Source of the DNA: an uncultured delta proteobacterium
Lineage (GTDB): Bacteria > Myxococcota > Kuafuiibacteriia > Kuafuiibacteriales > Kuafuiibacteriaceae
Assembly (NCBI GenBank): GCA_963803435.1
Contig: CAWDML010000001.1
Span: 2,304,001-2,368,000, forward strand
DNA: 64,000 bases
Direction of reading: 5' to 3'
A program made the translations under genes and the position numbers. The notes beneath the pieces were generated by a model, which was not told the origin of the DNA, made no database searches, and saw only the letters and a list, made by a program, of their open reading frames with translations. Numbering within the stretch: the first letter of the stretch is position 1; each line of letters starts with the position of its first letter. Positions 38,516-49,300 of the stretch are shown here, piece by piece.

Positions 38516-39564
38516 CAGGGCCAGCTCCCCGGGTCGGCCATCGTCGCGGTCTCGTCCAGCCCCAGCATCAGGTTCATGCTGGTGATGCCCTGACCTGCAC
38601 CGCCTTTGATCAGGTTGTCGAGGGCGCTGATGCAGGTGACCAGCCGCCGATTGCCGACGACCTCGCCGATCACCACCCCCACCTCGACGTAGTTGGAGCC
38701 GGAGACGGCCGCCACCTCCGGCAGCCGCTTCTTCGGCACCCGCACGAACGGCTCGCCGGCATAGGTCTCGGCGAAGGCGGCCACGATCGCAGCAGGGTCG
38801 ATCGCGCAGTCGACATGCACGAACGAGGACGCGAACAACCCGCGCGACAGCGGCGCCGAGACAGGCACCAGGTGGAGGGCGGACACGTCCCCGCCGGCGG
38901 CCCGCAGCGTGGCCACGATCTCCGGCGTGTGCTGGTGCTCGAGCGTCTTGTAGGTCTTGAGGTTGATCGCCCGGACCGGGTGGTGGGTCCCGGCGCTCGG
39001 GGCGACGCCGCTCCCGCTGGAGCCGGTCATCGCGACGACCTCGATCTCGCCGGAGAGCCAACCACGGCGGGCGAGTGGGAGGAGGCCAAGCTCGATGGTC
39101 GTCGCGAAGCACCCGGGGCTCGCAACGCAGCTTGCACTTCGGATCTTCTCCCGGTTGAGCTCCGGGAGGCCGTAGACGAACCTCTCGAGGTGCTCGGGGC
39201 ACGGGTGCTTGGCGCCGTACCAGCGCTCGTAGGCGGCCGGATCCTGGAGCCGGAAGTCGCCCGACAGATCGACGATCTTGGCGCCCGTCTCGAGGAGCTC
39301 GGGGACCCTGTGGGCGGCGATCTTGTGCGGCAAGCCGAGGAGGACCACGTCCATGCCCAGGGCAGCCTGCCGCGCCGGCAGGTCCTCGAAGATCAGGTCC
39401 GTCTGCTGCTCCAGGCTCGGGTGGGCCGCGGACAGCGGCTGGCCCACGTAGTCGATGCTGGCGACCCGAACCAGCTCGACGTCCGGGTGGCGGAGCAGCC
39501 GGCGGATCATCTCCCCGCCGCCGTACCCGCTCCCGCCGATGACGGCCGCCTTGAGCTTCCCCAT
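38515..39564 (-). CDS. argC: N-acetyl-gamma-glutamyl-phosphate reductase
   Basis: IGGSGYGGGE, IVDLSGDFRL, YGLPELNRE, ASPGCFAT, HQHTPEI, LDNLIKGGAGQ. Confidence 0.94.
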   Translation of the reverse strand: MGKLKAAVIGGSGYGGGEMIRRLLRHPDVELVRVASIDYVGQPLSAAHPSLEQQTDLIFEDLPARQAALGMDVVLLGLPHKIAAHRVPELLETGAKIVDLSGDFRLQDPAAYERWYGAKHPCPEHLERFVYGLPELNREKIRSASCVASPGCFATTIELGLLPLARRGWLSGEIEVVAMTGSSGSGVAPSAGTHHPVRAINLKTYKTLEHQHTPEIVATLRAAGGDVSALHLVPVSAPLSRGLFASSFVHVDCAIDPAAIVAAFAETYAGEPFVRVPKKRLPEVAAVSGSNYVEVGVVIGEVVGNRRLVTCISALDNLIKGGAGQGITSMNLMLGLDETATMADPGSWP

Positions 39565-39701
39565 GGCGGCCGTATAGCGCGTTTGCCGGGGTTTTGGTTG
39601 CGTTCGCGCGTTCATGGACCCACCGTTCAGTCAGGCTAACACGTTAAACCCTGATCGACCGCTTGCGTGATGAGCTGACCGGCCGGTACAACAGACCCAC
39701 G

Positions 39702-40352
39702 ATGCAACGACAGCGCAAGGAACAGGGCGAGCAGACCCGAAAGACCATCATCGAAGTGACGACGAAGTTGTTCGCAATGCGCGGATACGCCGGTACGTCG
39801 CTCGATCTGATCGCCAAGGAGGCCCAGACCAGCAAGAGCTCGATCTTCTGGCACTTCGAGAACAAGGAGGACCTCCTGTTCACAGTGGTCGATCGCGCCA
39901 TGTCGGAGTGGGAGGTCAAGGCCGGAACCGAGATCCTGGCCCAACCCAACCCGCCGCGGCAGCTGGCCAAGCTGGTGGACCTCTACCGCGAGCTGGCCCA
40001 GGACCGGCCCGACACCCTGCGGCTCCTGCTCGGCCTCCTCCTCGAGACGGCCGACGCCAACCAGGACGTGAAGCAGCGGTTCCAGCGCATGTATCGGGGC
40101 TACCGCACGTCGATCCAGATCGTGATCGACGAGGGCGTCGCCCAGGGCCACTTCACCAAGGCCGTCCCGTCCGATCACCTCTCCGCCATGGTGCTCGCGA
40201 TCTTCGACGGGATGTTCATCCAGTGGTTCCTCGATCCCGAGGCCGTCCCCGACGAGATCTTCGAGACCGTGAAGATCACCATCTTCAACCTGGTGATGCC
40301 GGGGAAAGAGATCCCTTTGGCCGCTGACGAGCCCCACCCCGGCCACGCCTGA
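39702..40352 (+). CDS. TetR/AcrR-family transcriptional regulator
   Basis: TRKTIIE...FAMRGYAGTSLDLIAKEAQTSKSSIFWHFENKEDL. Palindrome ACCGGCCGGT (39678-39687) upstream is a candidate operator. Confidence 0.93.
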   Translation: MQRQRKEQGEQTRKTIIEVTTKLFAMRGYAGTSLDLIAKEAQTSKSSIFWHFENKEDLLFTVVDRAMSEWEVKAGTEILAQPNPPRQLAKLVDLYRELAQDRPDTLRLLLGLLLETADANQDVKQRFQRMYRGYRTSIQIVIDEGVAQGHFTKAVPSDHLSAMVLAIFDGMFIQWFLDPEAVPDEIFETVKITIFNLVMPGKEIPLAADEPHPGHA

Positions 40353-40376
40353 GCCTGGCTCTGCTAGTATCGCGGG

Positions 40377-41012
40377 ATGCCGCGCGCGCTTCGGTGGGTC
40401 TCGCTCGCGCTGCTGATCGGACAGGCCGCGCCGGCCGAGGCGAGCAGCTGGATCTATCAGGACGCTGAGAGCAACGCGCGGGAGTCCAAGCTCTTCCGCT
40501 TCTCGCCGCGGCTCAACTTCTGGGTGGCCAACTTCGATCGTCCGCCCCGCGCCTGCCGGGCCGGGCCGGTGGGATTCCCGACGCTTGAGCTGCGGGCGGA
40601 ACAGCTCCCCACACAGGACTTCTTCTGCGCCTCACAGAGCTCGGACGAGCTGGCGTTTGGCTCGGGTCTGGAGTTCGGCTTCCGCGCGCTCGGACCGATC
40701 TATCTGACCGCCGGCCTCGACTTCGTGTACACGGCGCCCGACTCGAGCGCGATCAAGAATCAGCTGGTCATCGCGCTCCCCTTCGGCGTCATGTTCACGT
40801 GGTACGAGTGGCGCTTTCGCCCGATCGCCCACTTCGAGATCACCCCGGTGCTTTACGTGACCGACGATTCGCGCGATTACACGCTCGGCGGGAACGCTGG
40901 TTTCGCGTATCGTATCCTCGACTTCGGCAGCATCTCCCTGACAGCGGGGTACATGTGGGCCGACACCATGACTGCGTGGCAAGTGCAACTCGGCCTGCAT
41001 CCCATCCTCTAG
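40377..41012 (+). CDS. Exported protein, probable outer-membrane beta-barrel
   Basis: Signal peptide (..APAEA), alternating amphipathic strands rich in aromatic residues. Confidence 0.7.
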   Translation: MPRALRWVSLALLIGQAAPAEASSWIYQDAESNARESKLFRFSPRLNFWVANFDRPPRACRAGPVGFPTLELRAEQLPTQDFFCASQSSDELAFGSGLEFGFRALGPIYLTAGLDFVYTAPDSSAIKNQLVIALPFGVMFTWYEWRFRPIAHFEITPVLYVTDDSRDYTLGGNAGFAYRILDFGSISLTAGYMWADTMTAWQVQLGLHPIL

Positions 41013-41022
41013 GACTGTCACC

Positions 41023-41631
41023 TTGCCCATCCGTCGTACGAGCCGTGAAGACAAGCGCCGCCGCATCATCGACGCCGCGGTGAAGGTCTTCGCCGAGAAG
41101 GGGTTCTTCGGCGCCAAGGTCTCCGAGATCGCGGAAGCCGCCGGCGTCGCCGACGGCACCATCTACCTCTACTTCAAGTCGAAGGACGACATCCTGATCT
41201 CGCTCTTCCAGGAGAAGATGTCGGAGATCGTGAAGCAGCTACAGGCGATCCTCTCGGAGCTCCCCGACCCCGAGACCAAGATGCGCCGGTACGTGATCGA
41301 GCACCTCAAGCTGGTGGCGCGGCAGCCGGAGCTGATGCAGGTCCTCACCGTCGAGCTCCGCCAGAGCACGCGCTTCATCAAGGAGTACTCGCCGAAGGCC
41401 TTCGCACGCTATCTGGCCGTCATCGGCAACATCATCGAGGAGGGCCAGAAGGCGGGCGTGTTCCGCAAGGATCTCGACGCCGGAATCCTTCGCCGTGCGC
41501 TGTTCGGTCTGATAGACGAGCTCTCGCTCGAATGGATCCTGCGGAGCCGGGATCAGCAATCGCTGCGGACGGAGGATCCCGAGCTGATCGGGGAACAGAT
41601 CGCAGAGTTCATCATCCGAGGATTGAGGTGA
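41023..41631 (+). CDS. TetR-family regulator (fatty-acid FadR/YsiA-like)
   Basis: KRRRIIDAAVKVFAEKGF..AKVSEIAEAAGVADGTIYLYFKSKDDIL, VELRQS. Adjacent to acyl-CoA dehydrogenase. Confidence 0.92.
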   Translation: MPIRRTSREDKRRRIIDAAVKVFAEKGFFGAKVSEIAEAAGVADGTIYLYFKSKDDILISLFQEKMSEIVKQLQAILSELPDPETKMRRYVIEHLKLVARQPELMQVLTVELRQSTRFIKEYSPKAFARYLAVIGNIIEEGQKAGVFRKDLDAGILRRALFGLIDELSLEWILRSRDQQSLRTEDPELIGEQIAEFIIRGLR

Positions 41632-41635
41632 CGTC

Positions 41636-42802
<1,167 letters not shown>

Positions 42803-42803
42803 C

Positions 42804-43136
42804 TCACTCTCTCCTGAGCAGATAGAGCAGCGGTCCGATGCTCCCCGTCGCGATCGTCAGGGCCACGTAGCCGAGCACCGAGCGGCCGCGCGCCCGCCCG
42901 TCTCGCACCATCCATGCGACCACGAGCGTCAACGAGATGCAGAGGTCCGCGACCGCGACCAGCGTCCACCCATTGGCGGCGTGGACGAAGTCGAGAAATC
43001 CGCCCCATCCGCTCACGACCAAGGCATAGACGTTGAGCCCGGCGAACAGGACGAGCAGGCCGGCGACGAGCGGCTTGACGATCGGCCCGGACGCGTCGAG
43101 CGGGAGCGGAGAACGGTCAGCAGTTGGATTCATCAT
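42804..43136 (-). CDS. DUF2834-like small membrane protein
   Basis: Three TMs, ADLCISL...WMVRDGRARG, GSIGPLLYLLRR. Confidence 0.75.
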   Translation of the reverse strand: MMNPTADRSPLPLDASGPIVKPLVAGLLVLFAGLNVYALVVSGWGGFLDFVHAANGWTLVAVADLCISLTLVVAWMVRDGRARGRSVLGYVALTIATGSIGPLLYLLRRE

Positions 43137-43148
43137 GGGAGGCGGCAC

Positions 43149-43164
43149 TGCGACCGGCGTGCCA
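43149..43164 (-). promoter_or_regulatory. Sigma-54 promoter of DUF2834 gene
   Basis: Minus strand TGGCACGCCGGTCGCA (GG-N10-GC). Confidence 0.72.
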
Positions 43165-43215
43165 CCGCATCGAGGTCGGATTCGGGTCGGCCGCGTGGAT
43201 CGGATGCAGCGTCGT

Positions 43216-43231
43216 GTTGCGCGCGCGCAAC
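43216..43231. promoter_or_regulatory. Perfect 16-bp palindrome, candidate enhancer (UAS) for the adjacent NtrC/AtoC-type activator
   Basis: GTTGCGCGCGCGCAAC, about 50 bp upstream of the -24 element. Confidence 0.6.
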
Positions 43232-43301
43232 CTCGATGGCGAAAAATCCGATTCCATGGGCATCTCGAGGTGAGGCCCACGACTTGCTCGATGCCTTCCT
43301 C

Positions 43302-44210
43302 ATGCGCTTCGGCCGCTTCCACGGCGCCCTGGTCGGCCTCGTGCTCGGCCTGTTCGATACGGTGCTGTTCCGTCTGCTCGGCACCGAGTTCACGCTCGGC
43401 GGCAACGACGTGACGATCGTGGTGGCGAGCGCGTTCACGTCGTCCCTGGTGGCGCTCGGCTTCCTGCTCGGCATCACCCTGGAGCTCCGGCGCCGTGAGC
43501 ACCGCTCCGCCGAGGCGCTCGACCGCGCCCGCGAGCAGATCGCTCAGAACGAGAAGCTGGCCTCGCTCGGCCAGCTCGCCGGAGCGATCGCGCACGAGGT
43601 CAAGAACCCGCTCGCGATCATCCGCTCCACGGTCCAGAACATCTCCGAATCGCTCCCGGAGGCGGACGGCGAGTCCCGCGAGAGCGCAGGATTCGTGATG
43701 GAGGAGATCGACCGTTTGACCCGGGTGACCGACGTCTTGCTGATGTTCGCCCGGCCGGTGGCGCTCGCGCGGCGGCGGACCACCTGCGCCGCGATCATGT
43801 CGAAGACGGAGCAGCTCGCCGCACGCATGCTGCGGGAACGTTCCATCACGCTCGTGACCGAGCCCGCGCCCGCCGCCTTGCTCGAGGTGGACGGCGATCT
43901 GATCTGTCAGGTGCTGCTCGGCCTGCTCGGCAACGCCGCCGACGTGACCGCGCCGGGCGGGCTGCTCCAGCTCGAGGCCAGGGCGGACGCCGATCGGGTG
44001 GAGCTCGCGGTCGCCGATCGCGGGCCGGGCATCCCTCGGGAGCTCGAGGATCAGATCTTCGAGCCATTCTTCACCACGCGCGAGGGCGGAACCGGCCTGG
44101 GCCTGGCCGTCGCCCGTCAGATCGTCACCGCCCACGAAGGCTCGCTCTCCGTGGAGAACCGCGAGGGCGGAGGCGCGCGCTTCAGCGTGTGGTTGAGGAG
44201 ATCGAGGTGA
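43302..44210 (+). CDS. Two-TM sensor histidine kinase
   Basis: EKLASLGQLAGAIAHEVKNPL, VADRGPGI, IFEPFFTTREGGTGLGL. Alternative ATG at 43236. Confidence 0.93.
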   Translation: MRFGRFHGALVGLVLGLFDTVLFRLLGTEFTLGGNDVTIVVASAFTSSLVALGFLLGITLELRRREHRSAEALDRAREQIAQNEKLASLGQLAGAIAHEVKNPLAIIRSTVQNISESLPEADGESRESAGFVMEEIDRLTRVTDVLLMFARPVALARRRTTCAAIMSKTEQLAARMLRERSITLVTEPAPAALLEVDGDLICQVLLGLLGNAADVTAPGGLLQLEARADADRVELAVADRGPGIPRELEDQIFEPFFTTREGGTGLGLAVARQIVTAHEGSLSVENREGGGARFSVWLRRSR

Positions 44211-45556
44211 GCCCGCGCGTCCTGATCGTGGACGACGAGCCCAAGATGGCGCGGGCGATGGAGGTCGCGCTCGGGCGCAGCGGCATGGAATGCGAGACCG
44301 CAGGGAGCGGTGAGGCGGCGCTCGACGCGTTTCGAGCCCGTCCTGCCGACGCCGTGATCAGCGACTGGCGACTGGGAGGCATGGACGGCCTCGAGCTGAT
44401 GCGACGGCTCCACGAGCTGGTCCCGGAGGTCCCGGTCATCATCGTGACCGCACACGCCGACGTGCCCTCCGCGGTGGCGGCGATGAAGCTGGGCGCGTTC
44501 GATTACGTCACCAAGCCCTTCGACAACGACGAGCTCCGCGCCACCGTCCAGCGGGCGCTGGACCTCACGCACCTGCGGCGGGAGAACCGCTGGCTCCGGG
44601 AGCGCCTGGCCGGCGAAGACCCGGCCTCGGGCCTGATCGCCGAGAGCGCGTCGATGCGGGCGGTGATCGACCTGGTGCGGAGGGTCGCGCCCTCCCGGGC
44701 CACCGTCCTGATCCAGGGGGAGAGCGGTACCGGCAAGGAGGTGATCGCGAAGCTGATCCACCACCTCTCCGACCGCGTCGGCCACCCGTACGTCGCGGTC
44801 AACTGCAAGGCCTTCGCCGAGGGCGTCCTGGAGAGCGAGCTGTTCGGCCACGAGCGCGGGGCGTTCACCGGAGCCGCGGAAGCGCGCGCCGGGTGCTTCG
44901 AGCGCGCCCACGGCGGCACGCTCTTCCTCGACGAGATCGGAGACGTCTCGCCTTCGTTTCAAGCGAAGCTGCTCCGCGTCCTTCAGGAGTCAGAGGTGCT
45001 GCGCGTCGGCGGCGAATCTCCGCGGAAGATCGACGTGCGCGTGGTGACCGCGACCAACCGGCGCCTCGACGCGGAGGTGAGAGCCGGCCGCTTCCGCGAA
45101 GACCTCTACTTCCGGCTCAACGTCATCCCGATCGCGCTGGCTCCGCTCCGCGCGCGCCCCGAGGATCTGCTCCCCCTCGCGCTACACTTCCTCGAGCGGC
45201 ACCGCACGCATGGAGGCTGGACGAAGACGCTCGACGAGACGGCCGCGCTGGCGCTCCAACGACACAGCTGGCCGGGCAACGTCCGCGAGCTCGAGAACGC
45301 CATCGAGCGCGCCGTGCTCCTGGCGCGGAGCGAGCGCATCGAGCCGGAAGATCTGCTCCTGACCTCTCTCGCGCCCGAGCCGACGGAGACGGGCGAGGAG
45401 GGCACGCTGCAAGAGGCCCTGGACCGCGCCACCCGCGATCGGATCCTCACGGCGCTGGAGAGGACCGGCGGCCGTAAGGCCGACGCGGCCGCCGCGCTCG
45501 GCGTCGATCGCACGACGCTCTATCGATTGATGAGGAAGCTGGACCTGTCCCCGTGA
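44207..45556 (+). CDS. Sigma-54-dependent response regulator (NtrC/AtoC family)
   Basis: Receiver VLIVDDE, GESGTGKE, ESELFGHERGAFTGA, LFLDEIG, WPGNVRELEN, Fis HTH LGVDRTTLYR. Confidence 0.95.
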   Translation: MSPRVLIVDDEPKMARAMEVALGRSGMECETAGSGEAALDAFRARPADAVISDWRLGGMDGLELMRRLHELVPEVPVIIVTAHADVPSAVAAMKLGAFDYVTKPFDNDELRATVQRALDLTHLRRENRWLRERLAGEDPASGLIAESASMRAVIDLVRRVAPSRATVLIQGESGTGKEVIAKLIHHLSDRVGHPYVAVNCKAFAEGVLESELFGHERGAFTGAAEARAGCFERAHGGTLFLDEIGDVSPSFQAKLLRVLQESEVLRVGGESPRKIDVRVVTATNRRLDAEVRAGRFREDLYFRLNVIPIALAPLRARPEDLLPLALHFLERHRTHGGWTKTLDETAALALQRHSWPGNVRELENAIERAVLLARSERIEPEDLLLTSLAPEPTETGEEGTLQEALDRATRDRILTALERTGGRKADAAAALGVDRTTLYRLMRKLDLSP

Positions 45557-45557
45557 C

Positions 45558-46118
45558 TCAGATCCGGAAGGAGAACCGGAAAAATACGCCCACGTTGTTG
45601 AGCGTGGTGTCGCCGAAGAACTCGTCGCCGCGCAGGCCGAACTCCCAGATGCCCACGCGGATCGCCCGGCGCAGCGCCACCTCCTGGAACAACACCACGC
45701 CGCGGATGGTCGTCGACGGCGTCTCGAAGCCGCCCGGATCCAGAAAGCCCCAGGGCGCGCCTTCGACGCCGGCGGCGATCCCGATCCCCCAGGGGCCGTC
45801 GCCGAGGCCGACCGTGTAGTCGAGGCCGGCGCCGAAAGAGAGGACCGCCGCGCCGCCGCCGCTGGAAGCGTCGAGCGCGGGCTGGGCGAGGAAGGTGGCG
45901 CCGACCCGAACGCCGAAGTGCTGGACGATGGGGATGAAGACGCCGGCGTTGACGTTCGCGCTGAGGGTCTGGCCGGCCAGCGTGTTGTGCCCGGTTCCGA
46001 GGAGGACGGAGCCCGAGATCCGGAAGTCGTGGAAGGGGAGATCCTCTGCGTCCTGCGCAAAGGCATGCGCAGGCACTGCGAACAGAACGGCGATCAGGAG
46101 GGGCGTTCGGATGGTCAT
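45558..46118 (-). CDS. Exported protein, probable small outer-membrane beta-barrel
   Basis: Signal peptide ending AHAFA, amphipathic strands, C-terminal GVFFRFSFRI. Confidence 0.7.
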   Translation of the reverse strand: MTIRTPLLIAVLFAVPAHAFAQDAEDLPFHDFRISGSVLLGTGHNTLAGQTLSANVNAGVFIPIVQHFGVRVGATFLAQPALDASSGGGAAVLSFGAGLDYTVGLGDGPWGIGIAAGVEGAPWGFLDPGGFETPSTTIRGVVLFQEVALRRAIRVGIWEFGLRGDEFFGDTTLNNVGVFFRFSFRI

Positions 46119-46131
46119 TCCCCTTCGCAGA

Positions 46132-46147
46132 GGCAACCCATGTGCCG
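46132..46147 (-). promoter_or_regulatory. Sigma-54 promoter of beta-barrel gene
   Basis: Minus strand CGGCACATGGGTTGCC (GG-N10-GC). Confidence 0.72.
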
Positions 46148-46175
46148 CTGACTTTCGTTCACACGCCCGGTCAAA

Positions 46176-46212
46176 CGTCCGGATTCGTCCGAATTCGTCC
46201 GGATTCGTCCGG
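46176..46212. repeat. 10-bp tandem repeat (G[G/A]ATTCGTCC x3.7) between divergent promoters
   Basis: CGTCC GGATTCGTCC GAATTCGTCC GGATTCGTCC GG. Confidence 0.85.
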
Positions 46213-46256
46213 CGGCGTGGCTCGGATCACCGGACATCCGGGCGCGCGACTGGCTG

Positions 46257-46272
46257 CGGAACCACCTTTGCA
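46257..46272 (+). promoter_or_regulatory. Sigma-54 promoter of DUF2339 gene
   Basis: CGGAACCACCTTTGCA (GG-N10-GC with TTGCA). Confidence 0.55.
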
Positions 46273-46313
46273 AATAGAGTGTCGCCGGCGCGCAGGCGCC
46301 GCTTGGGGGTATC

Positions 46314-49300
46314 GTGGACGAGTTTCTGCTCGGCGCTTCGGTCGTCCTTTTCCTCGCTTCACTGGTGCTCCCGGTGATCGCGTTCGTCCTCATCTACAGC
46401 ACGCGAAAGCGCCTGGCCAACGTCGAGGCCGGCCTCGAGAAGCGCGAGCGCGAGCTCCGCTTCCTCTACGAGCGAACCTCGACGGCGGCCGCCGCCCCGA
46501 AGGTGGCGCGGGAGCCCGAGCTGAAGCCGGCGCCCGTGCTGGCGCCCGAGCCCAAGTGGACCCCGGAGGCCGAGCTCGAGCCGCCGACCGCGCCGGTCGC
46601 GCCGGCCCTCCCGCCGGAGCCGGAGCCCGCACCCGAGCGCGCGTCCCCGGCCTTCCAGCAGGAAGAGCCCACCAAACCCCCGCCGCCTCCGCCGATCCCG
46701 TTCGAGCAGCGGCTCGCCACCATCTTCACCCGTGTTGGCGCCGGGGCGCTCCTCCTGGGCGTGCTCTACTTCTTCAAGTACGCGGTCGACAGCGAGTGGA
46801 TCGGCCCCATGGGCCGCGTGCTCATCGGCGCGTTCTTCGGTCTCGGGTTCCTGGTCTTCGCGGAGATCGTCCGGTCCCGCACGCGCGCCGCCTACGTCAG
46901 CGCGGTCGTCGGCATCGGCCTCGCGTGTCTCTACATCTCGGCATACGCCAGCTCGGCCTTCTATCACTTGATCCCGACCGAGGCCGCGTTCGCCGCCAAC
47001 GCGATCATCCTGATCCTCGGCGCCGCGCTCGCCTGGCGCCATCAGGCGGAGGCGATCCTGGTCCTGGTGTTGATCGCGGGCTTCCTCAACCCGGTGCTGC
47101 TCTCGACCGGCGTCGATCGCCCCTTCGCCCTCTTCTCCTATCTGCTGGTGATGACCAGTGTCGTGCTCCTGGTCGCCACGCACCACGGGTTCCGTATCGC
47201 GGTCCCGCTCTCGATGCTCGGCGTGGCCTTCCTCTTCGGCGGCTGGTACCAGCGCTTCTTCGACACCCACGACCTCACCGGCCTGGGCGACTATCCGCCC
47301 GAGCAACTGCACGGCGCCTACTTCGACCTGACCGCGAGGCTCGTCCCGCTGCTCGCGGTTCTCCTCTTCGCGCTCCAGTGGATCGCCGTCGCGTTCCGGC
47401 TCCGGCAGATCGGAAAGCTGCCCGGCTTCGTCAAGCCGATCGCCGTGTTCGCGCTGGTGGTCGCCCACGCCGGGCTCACCGCGCTCCTCTACGATCGCGC
47501 GATCCACCTCGGCGCCGCGATGGTCCTCCTGGGCGTTGGCTCGGTCCTCGCCCTCCGCGCCCTCGACGCCACCCGGCACCTCCTGTTCCCGATGCTGGCG
47601 GCGTTTCTCCTCCTGCTCGGCCTCACCGAGCACGCCCACAGCTGGAACCAGACCGCGGTGGTGGCGCTGCTCGGCGTCTGGACCGCGATCTACGTGGTGG
47701 CGTTCCTCCGCGACTTCTCCGCCGAGCATCGCGAGATCACGACGGGCCACGCCGTGCGCGCCGGCATCGCGCTCGGCAGCTTCGCGATCCTCGCCTCGGC
47801 CGTGCTGCTCCCCAGCGAGAAGGCGATCGGCGCGGCGATCGCCCTGACCGGCACGGCCGCCGCCCTCTCGGTCGTGGCGCATCGCGCCCGACTGCCGTGG
47901 ATGAACCTGCTCACGCTGCTCGGCACGTTCCTGCCGATGTCGATCGCCATGCTGATCGCGCAGGAGAACTCCGCGCACTGGGCGCCGATCGCCGTCGGCA
48001 TCGCGCTCCTCTGGGCGATCGCGGTCGGCACCGCGCCGATGCTCGCCGCGCTCCGCGAGCCCGAGCCCCGGATCGTCCACCTCTTCTCCCTCGCGCTCGC
48101 CGAGCTCTGCTTCCTGGGCCTGGCCCTGATGACCACGCACGACGACGTACCCACGCTCCGCGCGCTGCTGACCGGGGCGACCGGCGCCGCCAGCCTGGGG
48201 CTGGCAGGCTACCTTGCATCCACCCGGAGCCGCCTGGCCGCCTGGCGGACGCTGCTGGCGGCCCTGGCGCTCGGCCTCTTCGCCCCCGCCATCGCCTTTG
48301 CGCTCTCCGGCGCGACCATCACCGTCCTCTGGGCGATCCTGACCGCGGTCGCGGCGCTGATCCTCGCCGAGACGCGCGAGAAGGCCTGGCTGATCACCGT
48401 CGTGCTCCTGGCGGTCGCCACGCTGACGCGCATCGTCGCCGTCGACGTGCCCGAGGCGAGCGAGCTGATCCGGAGCTTCGAGTGGTCCCAGGGCCGCACC
48501 GGTGTGCTCGCCCTCCCCGCCTTCTTCAACTTCCGAGCCTACGCGTTCTTCGGCACAGGCTTCGGCTTCCTGGGTGGCGCCTTCCTGCTCGGACGATCGC
48601 TCAAGGCTCGGCCCGACAAGACGCTCGCCCCCGTCGCCGGCATGCTCGCGATCGTCGCCTATACTTTGCTCACCATCGTCTTGATCGTGGAGGTCCGTGC
48701 GTGGCTGCTCCAGCTCCCGCCCGTCCCCCCGGTCGCGTTCGACACCGAGGAGTTCAACGTGTTCATGGACAGCGTTCGAGAGGCGCGCGCCGCGCAACAC
48801 AACCTGCTCGCGATGGCTTCCACGGTGGTGCTCGCCGGCGTCGCCTCCTTGCTGCTGGCGATCGGCTTCATCGCCAAGGACGCGTTCCACCGCTATCTGG
48901 GCCTGACGGTGTTCCTGGCGACGATCGGCAAGCTGGTCGGCTGGGACGTGTGGAACCTGGCTCGGATCTACCAGGTGGTGGCGCTGACCGTGGTCGGCGC
49001 GCTGCTCCTGGGCTCCGGGTTCCTCTATGCGCGCCTCAAAGGGCTCTTCAAGGCCACCGCGGTCTCGCTGCTCCTCCTCGGCGTCGCCCTGCCGGCGCGC
49101 GCAGAGACCGACGCGCCGCTGACGAACCCGGTGGCCACGCACGAGTACGCGCACCGGCGCACGATCGACGGCGTCGACGGCGTCGGCGATTACGTGGTCC
49201 GGCTCGACGCCGACCTGTTCCGTCACAGCACCGCACGCGCGCTGTTCGACGACGTCCGGATCGCCGATCCCGACGGCCGCGAGGTCCCCTTCATCACGCG

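Noticed and set aside
37703-39564. argC/argB as LysW-dependent lysY/lysZ pathway genes
   Set aside because: No lysW or lysX in the window, and the kinase looks like conventional ArgB, so this cannot be supported.
46176-46212. Possible CRISPR array
   Set aside because: 10-bp contiguous tandem units without spacers, and no cas genes in the window.
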